Assembly (NCBI GenBank): GCA_050230475.1
Contig: JBFLGF010000226.1
Span: 62,001 to 110,652, forward strand
Origin: Ancylonema sp.
Lineage: Eukaryota
DNA: 48,652 bases
Direction of reading: 5' to 3'
Part shown: one piece after another, positions 1 to 11,478 of the stretch
Position numbering within the stretch: the stretch's first letter is position 1
Layout of the letters: each line of letters begins with the position of its first letter
Program-made: the position numbers and the translations under genes
The notes under the pieces: generated by a model
Database searches by the model: none
What the model was told of the DNA's origin: nothing
What the model saw: the letters and a program-made list of their open reading frames with translations, nothing else

Positions 1-1112
1 GCTTAGTGGTGGGAGATATAGAAACAACACTAAGGTTAATCAGGCGTTGCAGATTACAACACTTCACAACAGGTGACAGCTACTGGCTGATAGAAAGAAC
101 GCAAGGCAAATAGCTATAGAATTTCTACAAGGGTGCAAAATGAAGGATAGCTGGTTGCGACGGGGTGCGCACTCACTATTGGTTTCGAGAATCAAACGTT
201 GTCGTGAATAAAACGATTCACTAATTCAGGAACGGGTGCACGCAATTCAAAGGGTGAATTGTCTGACTGAGCGTGCACGAAATGGTGCAGCTAATAGTAA
301 CGATTTTTGACGTCAGCGAAACGGCTGACAATCAACGGCTTGCAAGGGTCACGATTTTGCAAAGGTAACGATAATTCTGATTACGGCAGAATTTCACACG
401 ATGCGTATGCGAAACGGCACACGAATGTTTGTACTACATGAGATGCGACAACACGCACAAGCAAACCTGCAATTTCGCAAAACTTACGGCTGAATGGAGC
501 GACGCAAAGTTTGTATAAATTCACAGGGAATATAAAAGGCGAAACGGCACACTTGATAACGATTGTTGACGATTGCAAAATACACGAATTCACAGAGATT
601 GCAAAGATGACAATTGCAAACAGTTGTTGAAATTCAGACAGCGTAAACTGACAGCGGAAGCTGGCAGTTCAGAAAGCGACTTAGGCTTTAATACAATCGA
701 CGCGCCGTTTCACACGCGCGCGGTAGTCTAGATCTTATCTTGATCTATGGTTGAAAAAAAACGACTAGACAACTAATCGTGACTTTATATTCTAGAGTTA
801 TAGATTCAACACGTTATTCTGTTCAAACGTCAGGCTGGCTGACTGAGATAAAACTCGACACACACTGGGAATCTACTAACTCATCGATACGACAAAATAC
901 TCCAAATTGAAATCTAAAAAGTGGTACACCGACTTTTCTAGATTGAGTGAGTACAACAAAAATATAAAATCAAACGTCTGACTGATCGAAACTCATATAA
1001 CGACAGAGTTCGATATAACGACTAAAAATCGACAATTACCAAAATTGTTATTTTTCAAGCGGATCAACAATTAAAAATACTTTACTTTCTATCGATTTCT
1101 AGCGGCATGACA
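1..1112 (-). repeat. 'A'-type terminal unit (LTR-like), D subfamily, truncated by the window start
   Basis: Colinear with ~34990-36082; minus strand begins TGTCATGCCGCTAG at 1112; contains the conserved GCCAGCTTCCGCTGTCA motif (~648-664). Confidence 0.85.
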
Positions 1113-1114
1113 GT

Positions 1115-1318
1115 TGACGTGCCAGATGGAGTCGGCACAGAGCGTGTCGACGAAATCTCTCAAAAACAAAGAAATCGACAGATTTTGGAGAAATATGCAA
1201 AACTTGACTTTTTATATTTTTTTGCGTCGACGAAAGTGACGGATGACGGTTGATGACTTGGCTGCTTGTCTGGGTGAGCAGCAGCAGGATTGAGCCTTGA
1301 TTCATCATCTAGATCTCA
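1115..1318 (-). repeat. 'B'-type 3' terminal unit of element D (204 bp)
   Basis: Minus strand TGAGATC...CCGACTCCATCTGGCACGTCA, directly after the G12 tract; same terminal motifs as 38538-38742 and 44398-44604. Confidence 0.75.
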
Positions 1319-1330
1319 CCCCCCCCCCCC
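1319..1330 (-). promoter_or_regulatory. Polypurine tract (G12) of element D
   Basis: C12 on the plus strand abutting the TG start of the B unit; same arrangement at 31655-31666 and 44605-44615. Confidence 0.7.
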
Positions 1331-1791
1331 TAGCTACTTTTAGGGATGTTACGTGATTGGTGTGCAAGGCAGTGTGATTCTTTCCGTACAAGGAACTTAC
1401 GTCTCTCAGAAGTGATCAATGACAAAGTGTTGAGTTGGACGAATAATCTTGTATGGTCGGCATCGTGTAGGTATACCACGATGCCTCGTCCACAACATGA
1501 ATCTACAAAGCGTGCCGACGGTCGTGTCTACGAACCGTCGGCCTATCATAATCAACAACAGTCAGATCTGTCAACGGCACACGCCGGACAGTCGGACAAA
1601 ACATAACGTCTAGATTCGGAACCATCTAGACGCACGTGCTACAAACGGCACAATCGAAACGTCATATTCGGGTGCCCGGACATAAGTCCGGCCCCTCATT
1701 ATAAGCACACCCGAGGAACCCTACCGGTTACACTAACCGGCAGTCCGGACTAGCACGCTAGCAAACATGGCTATCCGATATAATTCCTACA
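1331..1791 (-). repeat. 3' LTR of copia A
   Basis: Direct repeat of 7436-7917; minus strand TGTAGGAA...TAGCTA; adjacent to the PPT. Confidence 0.93.
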
Positions 1792-2491
1792 CACCCCCTC
1801 GGATGCCATGCCAAGTTTGGCATTAAGTCAGCACCAAAGGACCACCCTCTCAACAGCTAAGTCATGGCAAGACCATCATCCATCTAATTCATGGCAAGAC
1901 CATTGCATAGCCCATGGAATAGTAGGGTCTTCTCTAGCATATCAATGTGCTAGAGGCATTTATCAAAAAAATCACAGCCGATAGGAAGACGATCGGAAGC
2001 CGATCGGAAGCCGATCTGAACTCCAGAAGACGATCGCTCCAGATCCTTAGTCGTTTTTCGGGCCGGAGCCCAAGACCACAAGTTAGGGCAATACAAAAAT
2101 GACAACAAGTCAATCTTCTGTAGTTTTTCTCCGAATAACTTGAAAATATGCAAAACTTCACAACTTTCTCAGAACTTCACCATTTTCTTAAAACTACTTC
2201 ATAACTTTCTCAATACATCACCAAATCAACCAAACGAACTTTTGACACAACTGCAACATACGAATGGCAACACATATGCCAGAATTCATGAACAACTGAC
2301 AACTCTAGATGCAAACAGATCTGCAACTTTTCAGGTGTCCTCGAGTGTTTTCAGGGCAGAAAAAAAGGAGTAGGGTGACTTAGCTGGATAGACGAGCGTT
2401 GAGAGCCCTCCACAGGTGCATTCTGCAATAAGAATAACAGAACATACACCCCCTTCCAAACACAGCATGGCAGCCGAAAATCCCCTAGAAC

Positions 2492-5400
2492 CTAATGTGC
2501 ACCCCCATTTCTGTTAACCCTCCCAAAACCTATATACTTTCCGTGTCTGTCAAGTAAGAACCTGTGGAAGAGCCTTAGTGAACATATCGGCTGGTTGATT
2601 GGCCCCTGCCAGATACATATATACTTCAGCCTACCAGTTCTGTGGCACTCTCTCACCCAGTGGTATACCACATTGAAGTGCTTTGGGGCCTTCTGGCGCT
2701 GGACTGGGTTCTGGATCATTGAAGAGTGCAGCAGTTGAGTCACTGTAAACTGTAATTTCATTAGAGAGTTTGAGCTCATGCAAGAGCGACTTCAGGTAAC
2801 AGCATTCCTTAGACACACTACAGGCAGCAATATATTCAGCCTCTGTTGTACTCTGTGCGACTGTAGACTGTTTCTGTGACTTCCAGCTTAAAGCAGTCCC
2901 CCCAACAGTAGTGACCCACCCTGTGACCGATTTCCCAGTCATACTGCAGCTGTTCCAACTAGCATCACAGTACCCCCTGATCTCTAACTTCCTTTGCCTC
3001 ACGTAGCATATTCCGTGATCCACTGTACCCTTTAAATATCTGAACACTTGGTGTAAGGATTTGATGTGAGCAGTCCGAGGATTCCCCATGTGTTTTGCCA
3101 GTACCCCCAGTGCATGCGCAATATCCGGTCTGGTGTGTTTCATTGCATAAATGAGTGACCCAATTTTTCCCCGGAATTCAGTTATCTGTTCAGGTGTAGG
3201 GGGGAGTTAGAGGTTCATCTTCTTGGTGAAATGTCAGTCCAGGTGGTAAGGGTAGTTTTGTAGGGTTACAGTTTGCCATGCCAAAAACGGTTCCAGAACC
3301 TGTTTTTATGAACCCTCCCTGATTTGCAACGACAGCACCCCCTTGTTGTCTGTCCCTTTTCACTTCCGCCCCCAGGATATGGGTTAGGGCCCCAAGATCC
3401 TTCATTTTGAATTTCCCTGATAGTTCTTGTTTGAATGCCTTAATGACCATGGTGTTAGGACCAACTATCACCTGATCATCTACGTGTATTCCCACTATGA
3501 TCCGTGACTGTCTCGTGTTCCTCTGGTGTATATGCATGTGTCCATAATACACTGTTTGAACCCTATACTGAGCATGAAGGTTGTGAACATTTCACCCCAG
3601 ACCTTGCTACTCTGTGTTTCAGTCCGTACAGTGCCCCCCCTCATTCTCAAAACTTTTCCCTCAGCCCCTCCCTCAATCTCCATAAATGGTGGAATTTTCA
3701 TGTATACTTCTTCCGTCAGTCTTCCGTGCAAGAAAGCAGTGACCACATCCATCTGTTCAATTTCCCAACCCTCCTGATTCCAATAGCTAGTAGAAGAGAG
3801 ATAGAGTTACTATCTACTACAGGTGCGAATATTTCATTATAGTCAACTCCTTCTTGTTGTAGAAAACCTTGGGATCAAGGGTTCCCGTGGGTGTGTATTT
3901 TGTTTTGAATACATTTTTGCACCCCACAGCCCTTTTACCTCGTGGAAGTTCACACACCTCGAAGGTGTTGAATTCCCCCAAGCTCTTCAGCTCCTCCTGG
4001 ATAGTTCTTGGATAGCAGCTAACCACTGATCCCACTCTGGCCTCATCATGGCCTGGTTCAGCGTCAGAGGGTCGGAGGAGTCAGCAGACGTGGCAATCAT
4101 ACAGAATCCAGGGTTAGAGGGGCCATTGAAGCCTGTGAAGAAACATTGAAGCCTGTGAAGAAGCATGTTGCCTCCCACTCCTCGTCTCTGGTCGTCGAAC
4201 TCCTCCCCATCGTATCAGAGGACATCCCCAAAGTGGGCGAAGTTTGCCCTCCTTCTCCCCATCACCCTCTCAGCTATGCTCAAAGCATTTACCCCTTGCC
4301 CCTCCCCTTCACCTTCTCCTTGAACCTCCTCCTCCTCGCCTGCCACTCCTGCGTTGTTGATCCCTGATTGGCTGTCAGACAGCTCAACCACAGAGATAGG
4401 GACCTCAGCAGCTGGTGGTGGCGGAACCTGTAACACTAGGATCTAGGCTCCTGGGTCGTTGTGTGCTGCTGCTGCTGGCACTACTGCTGGAGCTGCTGCT
4501 GGTACTGCTGCTGTTGGTACTGCTGCTGCTGCTTCTGCTGCTGGCGTTGCAGCTGTTACTGCTGCTTGTCCTGTCACCCCTCCAGCCTTAGGCTCATCAT
4601 CCGTGTCGGGGAACAGGTGGAGAAAGTCTCCATCTGCTTTCGCCTCGACCTGGGGAACTCTCCCCCCCATGAGTCTCGGGTACCCCAGCACTTCCTCGAA
4701 GAAACGGACGTCCTGTTCGCACCATTCCGCCGGCTCTGAGCGGGTCGAAGATGTTGTACCCAGCCTGATCTGGTGCCAGCCCAATATACACCCCAAAAGC
4801 AGTCCTGGCAGCATACTTGTCCCCTTTTGTTTATTTTTATCATGCCCAACTAGCAAATATTGAACCAGACAGCCGAATGTGTGACTTCTGTGTCCATTTT
4901 TATCTGACGTCCTGTCCACTCCTCAATAGGTTATCCCCCCTGTCGTCAATGAACTATAGGGGTCTTGTTCCTTAACCAATTTGCGTGCATCAGTGCCACA
5001 TCCCAATACGATTTAGGCAATTTAAGACCACATCAGCAAACACCTCATCATCTTTTTTTCCATCAATGTTATGTTCAACTTTTCACACATTCCATTCTGT
5101 TGAGGGCTGTAGGGAGCAGTCAGTTCATGTCTGATGCCTTTATCCTCACAATAGCCTCTCCACTCTTTACTTGTGTATTCACCCCCCCCATCTGTCATGG
5201 ACTTCAACGCCAGTCCTGATTCAACTTCAAGTTTTTGTACAGTGATGCGCGTTTGACTGAGAGCCTCGCTCTTGTGCCTGAGGAGAGGAGAGATACTGTT
5301 GACAGTCTAGTATTGACCTCTATCCCGTGCGTAGTCAAACCCTCCGTGCATTGACTTAACACCAAAAGGACCTATCAGATCTAGGATGCAACCTTCCCAT

Positions 5401-7238
5401 TTTCGGCATAGTGGCCACATCATCGCTAGCAATAGCATGCCCCTTCTGTCCCATTTTCCCCATACAACAGATCTCACAATCCCTGAGCTCAGTCAACTCT
5501 TCCTGATTCAGTCTCGGTATATCACCACGTCTGGCCATGTCTGACATGGCTGGTATACCAGGGTGACCCCAGTTTGCCATGCCAGAGCATGCGATGGACA
5601 GATTAGCTTGCAGACCAGAAGAACCAGGCATGATGATAGATGCATGCAGCAACGACAGACCATTCCTCTCCCTGCTGACATCAGCCCGTTTTAGTCCATT
5701 CTTAGTCAATTTGGGGCCATGTGGGGTCTGGGCAAAGCTCAGCCCACCTCTTTGGACGAGGCAGTCGGTGGACACCAGGGTCGCAGCGAATGTAGGGACG
5801 TGCAGAGCAGCGAGAGGGACGACGAAAGAGGAGTCGTCGTTCTTCACTTTCACGTGCACGAAGCCTGTCCCCTCGACCTTGTGAGGCGTGCCCCGTCAGG
5901 CGTGTGGATGAAAGAATGCTGCATTGGGACGTTGGTGTCGTACTCGACGAAGTGGTTTCGGTTTACGAAGACGTGATCAGTCGAGCCTGAATCAAGCGAT
6001 GCGAACAATCAGTTCCAGCTGCCATCGCAATCCTTGCGTCAGATGAGAATGCTGCATAAGCTAAGGATTTAGAGGCATCGAAAGGTGTGTCTGGTCTTGC
6101 AGCACAAGTCTAGCCTGAGCTTGATTACGGAGATTTCGAATCAGGTGCAGACAATGCCAGATCAGATTTACGCTTTAAACATTCTGCCAATGTGTGTCCA
6201 AGCTCTTATCACAGTATCTGCACAGGTTTCGGACTGCCACTTCCCAGGCCAGCCGATCTTCCTCCTCCACCTTGCCGTTGCTGGCCGCATTGCGACAGCC
6301 TGTGGCCGGTCTGGTTGCAGCCATGGCACCTCATTGGCGGACGCACGGGGCAATCCGACTTCAGGTGGCCATACTGGTTGCAGCCGTAGCACTGAGTTTT
6401 CGTCAGGTCGCGACTTCCGGGAACGCCGATCCCACCTGGTCGACTTGGGCCAGCTCCGGAGCTGCCCCCGAGTAACCTCCCCTTCCTGCGAAATTGGACT
6501 GCTGCCCTCCCGGCAGCGCCCCTCTCTTCCGGTCGTTGCAGACCTCCCGTCGATCGCCAGCTGACAGAGTGTTGACGGCCTGAGGGATCGTGAAGAGTGA
6601 TGGTGCAGAAACTGCCCAGGACATCACGCTCTCCACTCGTGCGCTGTAGCGAGTGTTCAGGGAATTCAGGAAATTTATCGTCTGCTTTGCCGGACTGGCT
6701 CCCCCAGATGCCCCAACCGCCGATCGTGCAGCTCCTGAAGTCGCTTGACGTAATCGCTAGCTCCTCCGCCTCTCCCATGATAATTGCCGTGAGCTCAGCT
6801 TCAGCGTTGGCAATTTCGATGGCTCCCTGAATGTCGTAGAAAGACTCCAGGGCCTCCCACATCTCTGCAGCAGTCGTGCAGTTCCTCACATGCGTCAGCT
6901 CCCCCGTCTGGAGGTGTTTGACGATGTAGGCCATCGCGGCGATGTTCTTCTTCGACCAGACCTCTCGAAAATCGACCGATGAGCTGGGTGCGTGCCGTGA
7001 CCGTTCTAGCGACGTCCGCAGCATCCAGCGTATCGAGCTCATCCTGCGTGACTGGTGGATCATCCTGCGTGTGTGGTAGAAACACGGCAGGCTCTTCTTG
7101 CCTCGGCGATTTTCCCCAATCCATAACTATGTCGTGCAGCTCCTGGTCTGCCAGACCACACTTGATCTTAAATGCCCACCCTTTGTAGTCTGCTCCTGTG
7201 AAGACCGGAATGTATGATTTGTCCGTCATGTTAGGCAA
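2492..7238 (-). pseudogene. copia A gag-pol, multiply frameshifted
   Basis: Gag knuckles CYGCNQYGHLKSDC and CHGCNQTGHRLSQC; protease DSGSTDH (~5990); integrase TDGGGEY and PYSPQQNGMCEKLN; RT MDVVTAFLHG, IHVDD, TRPDIAHA; RNaseH GYCDASW, STTEAEY. Confidence 0.95.
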
Positions 7239-7435
7239 GAGCTAAAATTCTTGGTGCTCAGCTCCCAGCTACTTTCTTGAGCGTGTTTCGTGCAGCGCTA
7301 CTCACACCTAGCGCAATCGAAGGATTACGTGCACCCTCAATAACCTCTACCTCGGAGTCTCTTGCCTTTAGCAGCGAATCGCGTGGATGCCTGTAGTTAT
7401 TGACACAGCGTCTTTAACTAGACCGCCTGTGGGCC

Positions 7436-7917
7436 TAGCTACTTTTAGGGATGTTACGTGATCGGTGTGCAAGGTAGTGTGATTCTTTCCGTACAAGGAA
7501 CTTACGTCTCTCAGAAATGATCAATGACAAAGTGTTGAGTTGGACGAATAATCTTGTATGGTCGGCATCGTGTAGGTATACCACGATGCCTCGTCCACAA
7601 CATGAATCTACAAAGCGTGCCGACGGTCGTGTCTACGAACCGTCGGCCTATCATAACTCAACAATAATCAGATCCTGTCAATGGCACACGCCGGACAGTC
7701 TGACAAAACATAATGTCTAGATTCGGAACCATCTAGACCGCAGCACGTGTGCTACAAACGGCACAATCGAAACGTCATATCATATTCGGGTGCCCGGACA
7801 TAAGTCCGGCCCCTCAATATAGCACCACACAACCTAGGAACACTACCGCGGTTACACACTAACCGGCAGTCCGGACTAGCACGCTAGCAAACTTGGCTAT
7901 CCGATATAATTCCTACA
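7436..7917 (-). repeat. 5' LTR of copia A
   Basis: Direct repeat of 1331-1791; followed on the minus strand by a partially deleted PBS (GGCCCA) and a leader homologous to the copia B leaders. Confidence 0.93.
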
Positions 7918-8074
7918 GCTACGAAAGCTCTACGTCGGAGGCTGGGACACATAGACAGATGATGTAGAGCCTGGTGAAATATAATGTACATAAACAAGGG
8001 TAAAAGGAAGATAAAACCCACGGGTGCAAGGTGAGGTGATTGGTGTCCCCCCCCCAATGTAGAAAATCCAATGA

Positions 8075-9297
8075 TTAATGTTCCGGACAAAACCACTCCC
8101 CTTCGGGGATGGCAGTGAGAGGTGATGACAAGCAATAGATGTGGTATCCATGGTTGCAATTATCACAGAGGATCATATTCTTCCCGTCCTTACGGTCCCC
8201 ACATTCTCTGCAAAAGTTTGGGTCAGATATGTTGAACCGGGTGACATCGATGTTTTTATCCTTCATGGTGAGACTGCATGGGGAAATATTTTTCATATGT
8301 TCCCACATGCGGCGATTATCGCGACCTTGGAGCTGCACGTTCCCCGAAGGTCGGATTTTGGTGATCTGCAGGATCTGCGGGTGGGTTGCGATGTCCAAGG
8401 TACCTTTGGTTTGTCGTTTGACGTAGACGAGCTCTCCAGGGTGATAAGTTGCCTTGGGTGTGTCATAACGGTAATGTACCTTGAAGTAGTGGTGTCTGTC
8501 ACGTTGTTGAGCGATGGCAAGGTTGCGCATGGCTAACGGCATAACTTGTTGGTACAACTTACCTCGTTCCTCCAAGAACTTGGGGAGGTTCTTGTCCAAT
8601 GGTAAGAAGTCATGTTCGGCGTCCTGGTTGTTGGCTTGAAACAAAGGGTGACGACCATAGGTCAGGTAGTAAGGGGTGTACCTTGTCGATGCCTGTTTGG
8701 TCATTCTGTAACCCATTTCAATGTAGGGTAAGTACATATCCCAATCCTGTCGATGCCTGGTAAGAAGGGTTTTTTGAAAGGCAGACTTGAGGGTTTGTAC
8801 TAGGCGTTCCGCTAGCCCATCCGATTGTGGGTGCTCTCTGCCAGCAGTGCGGTGGGTGATATGAATGATGTTGGTTGAGAAGGGTAAAGCACCTTCAAAC
8901 TCCGATCCTTGGCCAGTGAAGACTTCCCTAGGTGCTCCAAAGCGGGCTAGGATGTGGTTCAAAAACTGCACCAGAGGTGGTTTTGGCGCTCTTATCAGGT
9001 ACCGCCATGAATTCAGCCCACTTGCTAAAATGGTCAACTGCTACAAGAATGTACTTGTTGCCTTTGGCGGTTGGTGGAAAAGGACCACAAAAATCAATGC
9101 CCCAGCAGTAAAACAATCCACGAATGGGCAAGGGTTGAAGTTGTGTACGTCCCTGACGGAAGTGAGTTTTCGAACGAGAGCAAGCGGTGCAATTACGGAT
9201 GAACTGGATAACCATATCACCCATGCAATGCCACCAGTAATCTTGCTGCAAAGCGTGAAGAATCCGTTTGACACCGAAGTGTCCATAATGGTTGATA
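8075..9297 (-). pseudogene. Gypsy integrase with C-terminal PHD finger (element D), frameshift near 8960
   Basis: HHCC region YGHFGVKR...WW...CTACSR; core WGIDFCGPFP, VDHFSKWAE, HPQSDGLAERLVQT; PHD CRECG...MILCDNCNHGYHIYCL...GEWFCPEH (8075-~8215). Confidence 0.92.
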
Positions 9298-10329
9298 TAG
9301 GGTGCTTCGGGGTGCAAGTCTGCTGGTGCTAGTTGGAGGAGTTTGGTGAGGTTGGCACCAATCATGGTTTCTTTGGCGCCGGTACCCAAAACATTCTCCA
9401 CAGGTTTCACTTCTCCCACGAGTAATACACCACGTTTTTGGGGAAGCATGGTGATGCCGTAATGCTTCGCCAGTCGATTGTGGTGAGTGCATAAGTGTGT
9501 TGTTTCCTTGAGGAGAGCGGGGTTGGTGGTACGTGCGGTTGCAGGATCTTGCATGAAATTGACCAAATCGGGTGCCTCGTGAAGTGCTGACTCCGTTCCT
9601 TGGACCATGGCGCGTTCAAAATGTCATGAAGACGATCACAATGAATTTGAGCTTTTGCCAGAGGTAAAGGTGGTGGCACATCTGAGACGTTCATGGGATG
9701 CAAACTAGTTGTACCGGGTTCAAGTTGCACAGGAAAGTGTGGTTCGAAAGAATCAAGCATTTTTGTACTATAACCCTGTCGTCGACCATAGTCTTCTCCC
9801 TCTTGTGCAACAACTTCCAACAATGTTTTAGGGTGAGGAGTGGGATACTCCCCCCATTCTGCCTAAGCATCTTGGTAAATAGGAGTGTCTGGATTTATAG
9901 TGGGTGAAGGAGACCGTAGTCTAGTTTGCAATTCTTCACCGTCACTAGATGAGCTTTGGTTTGCCGAATGCATGGGGGTGCTAATATCGACAACAACTCT
10001 TGCACTTTATTTCTGTCTCTCCTTTCTCTGCCCTTCCTTGTCTACAATGGCTGCGACTGTGGGTGATCGACGTGGTGCCATCATATAATGCGAAGGTAGA
10101 TCGGGGTAAAATACCTTATGCGTCTCCCTCGGGGTGAGAGTGGTGCTTTCCTTCGCATAGTTTTCGAGGTAGGGCAAGGACGAGGTGATCGGCCGATGCA
10201 TGTACGATGTTGGTGGCTCACGGCTGTCCCACTCGGTTATGGTTGCAGTTGCAAAAGGTGAAGCATCAACATGAATGGTGAGATTCTGACTTGCTCTCTT
10301 GGCTTTTTGGCACCGGGTGACAGTATGGT
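9298..10329 (-). pseudogene. Element D gag C-terminus and N-terminal half of the aspartic protease
   Basis: NVLGTGAKETMIG aligns with CVVDSGAINTMIG of element F (catalytic Asp replaced by Gly); upstream PPPLPLAKAQIHCDRLH aligns with PPPLPLPQAQALHDTLH at 47027-47548. Confidence 0.75.
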
Positions 10330-10986
10330 TCTCATGACGCTAGAGATCTCTAAGGAAAAAACCCCTCTAGATTGATCAGAAACCTCTCTATATTAATACT
10401 CCTCTATAACGAGAGTATTCGATATAACGATTTTTAGAATTCGTACTTTACTATAAAAATAGTGAAGTACGAAATTTGTACGACTCGAAATTAACGCGTG
10501 GCGTATTTTCCGAAGTCTAGAATCCAGCAGTTTCAACAAATAGCTGCGTGTCGATTTTTGTTAAAATCGCAAGTCACTTTCGACTTGTCGATAATCCCAA
10601 CGATTAAATCCAGCCGTAGAAGTAGAGTAATATCTCGCGCCGTTTCATCGTACCGTCGAGGTTAATTGAAATGTTCTAGAAGCCAACTTGTTGTGATATT
10701 CGATAGTTTAACTCTAGTTAACTATGCCGGTTAGCACCGCGCAACAATTTTTGTGATAAAAGTCAATTGTACTTTCATATATGCCAGCTTCCGCTGTCAC
10801 ATTGCGCAGTTAAGAAATCCCTTCCAACAATCTCTTGTGTTATCTGAGTCCTCGCAATTTTGTGAATACTGCATCCCTTCGCTTACGCGACTTCGCAACG
10901 TGATCGTCTTTCGTCTCAGCCTGACATCCATCAGCCAGACGGTAAGTTTTGCAAATCATTCTTTGCAATTCGTGTATGTGTGTAAT

Positions 10987-11451
10987 TGTTAGGAGTGGAA
11001 TATGATGGAGCTCGTAGCAATCTGGGTTGCAAATGCACACACAAGATGATGGCGAAAATGAGTCGATAGGATAGAGGGGAATGTGCCGATGGTCAAAATG
11101 GTGGGGTTGATATGGTAGGGGCACAAGGTGCAAGTACATGAGTTGATAGGAATGCTCTATAGGCATTCCTATCGGCTAGATATAGGAAAGTCCGGCCCTA
11201 GCCGACTCTAGGAAACATGTGGGGTAAATAAGTCAAGGGCGGCTTGAGTACACAACCACAAAATGTAGCTAAAGGCACAACTGCCCAGACTAAGGACACA
11301 CCAGAATACTCCCTAGGGGCCCGGCGGCCGCTAGGGGACACAACTCCCCCCGCTCTATAGGGACAGACCTCGCTATAGAGGAAACTGAGCAGCTAGTAGC
11401 GCTCTAGGACCTCGCTAGGGAACCCTAGTGACTGTAGCGAGGGTCCTAACA
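10987..11451 (-). repeat. Chromovirus 3' LTR
   Basis: Direct repeat of 16048-16532. Confidence 0.95.
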
Positions 11452-11478
11452 GTGAGCGACCAGTCTGGTACCCCCCCC

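Larger units (their letters stand above)
1331..7917 (-). mobile_element. Ty1/copia LTR retrotransposon, full length but decayed (copia A)
   Basis: Two similar LTRs; PPT GAGGGGGTG at 1792-1800; gag-PR-INT-RT-RH order on the minus strand. No TSD evident (CCCCC vs GCTAC). Confidence 0.95.

Noticed and set aside
1346..1606. Recurring ORF (also 7517-7720 and within 17867-18376)
   Set aside because: Lies within copia LTR copies; recurrence reflects the LTR, and the frames are not conserved to the end.
4124..4162. 20-bp tandem duplication (also an 18-bp duplication at ~26434-26470)
   Set aside because: Small private duplications from decay or assembly; no sign of function.
4459..4863. Cys-rich or Ala-rich plus-strand ORFs
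   Set aside because: Antisense shadows of the copia integrase linker repeat.
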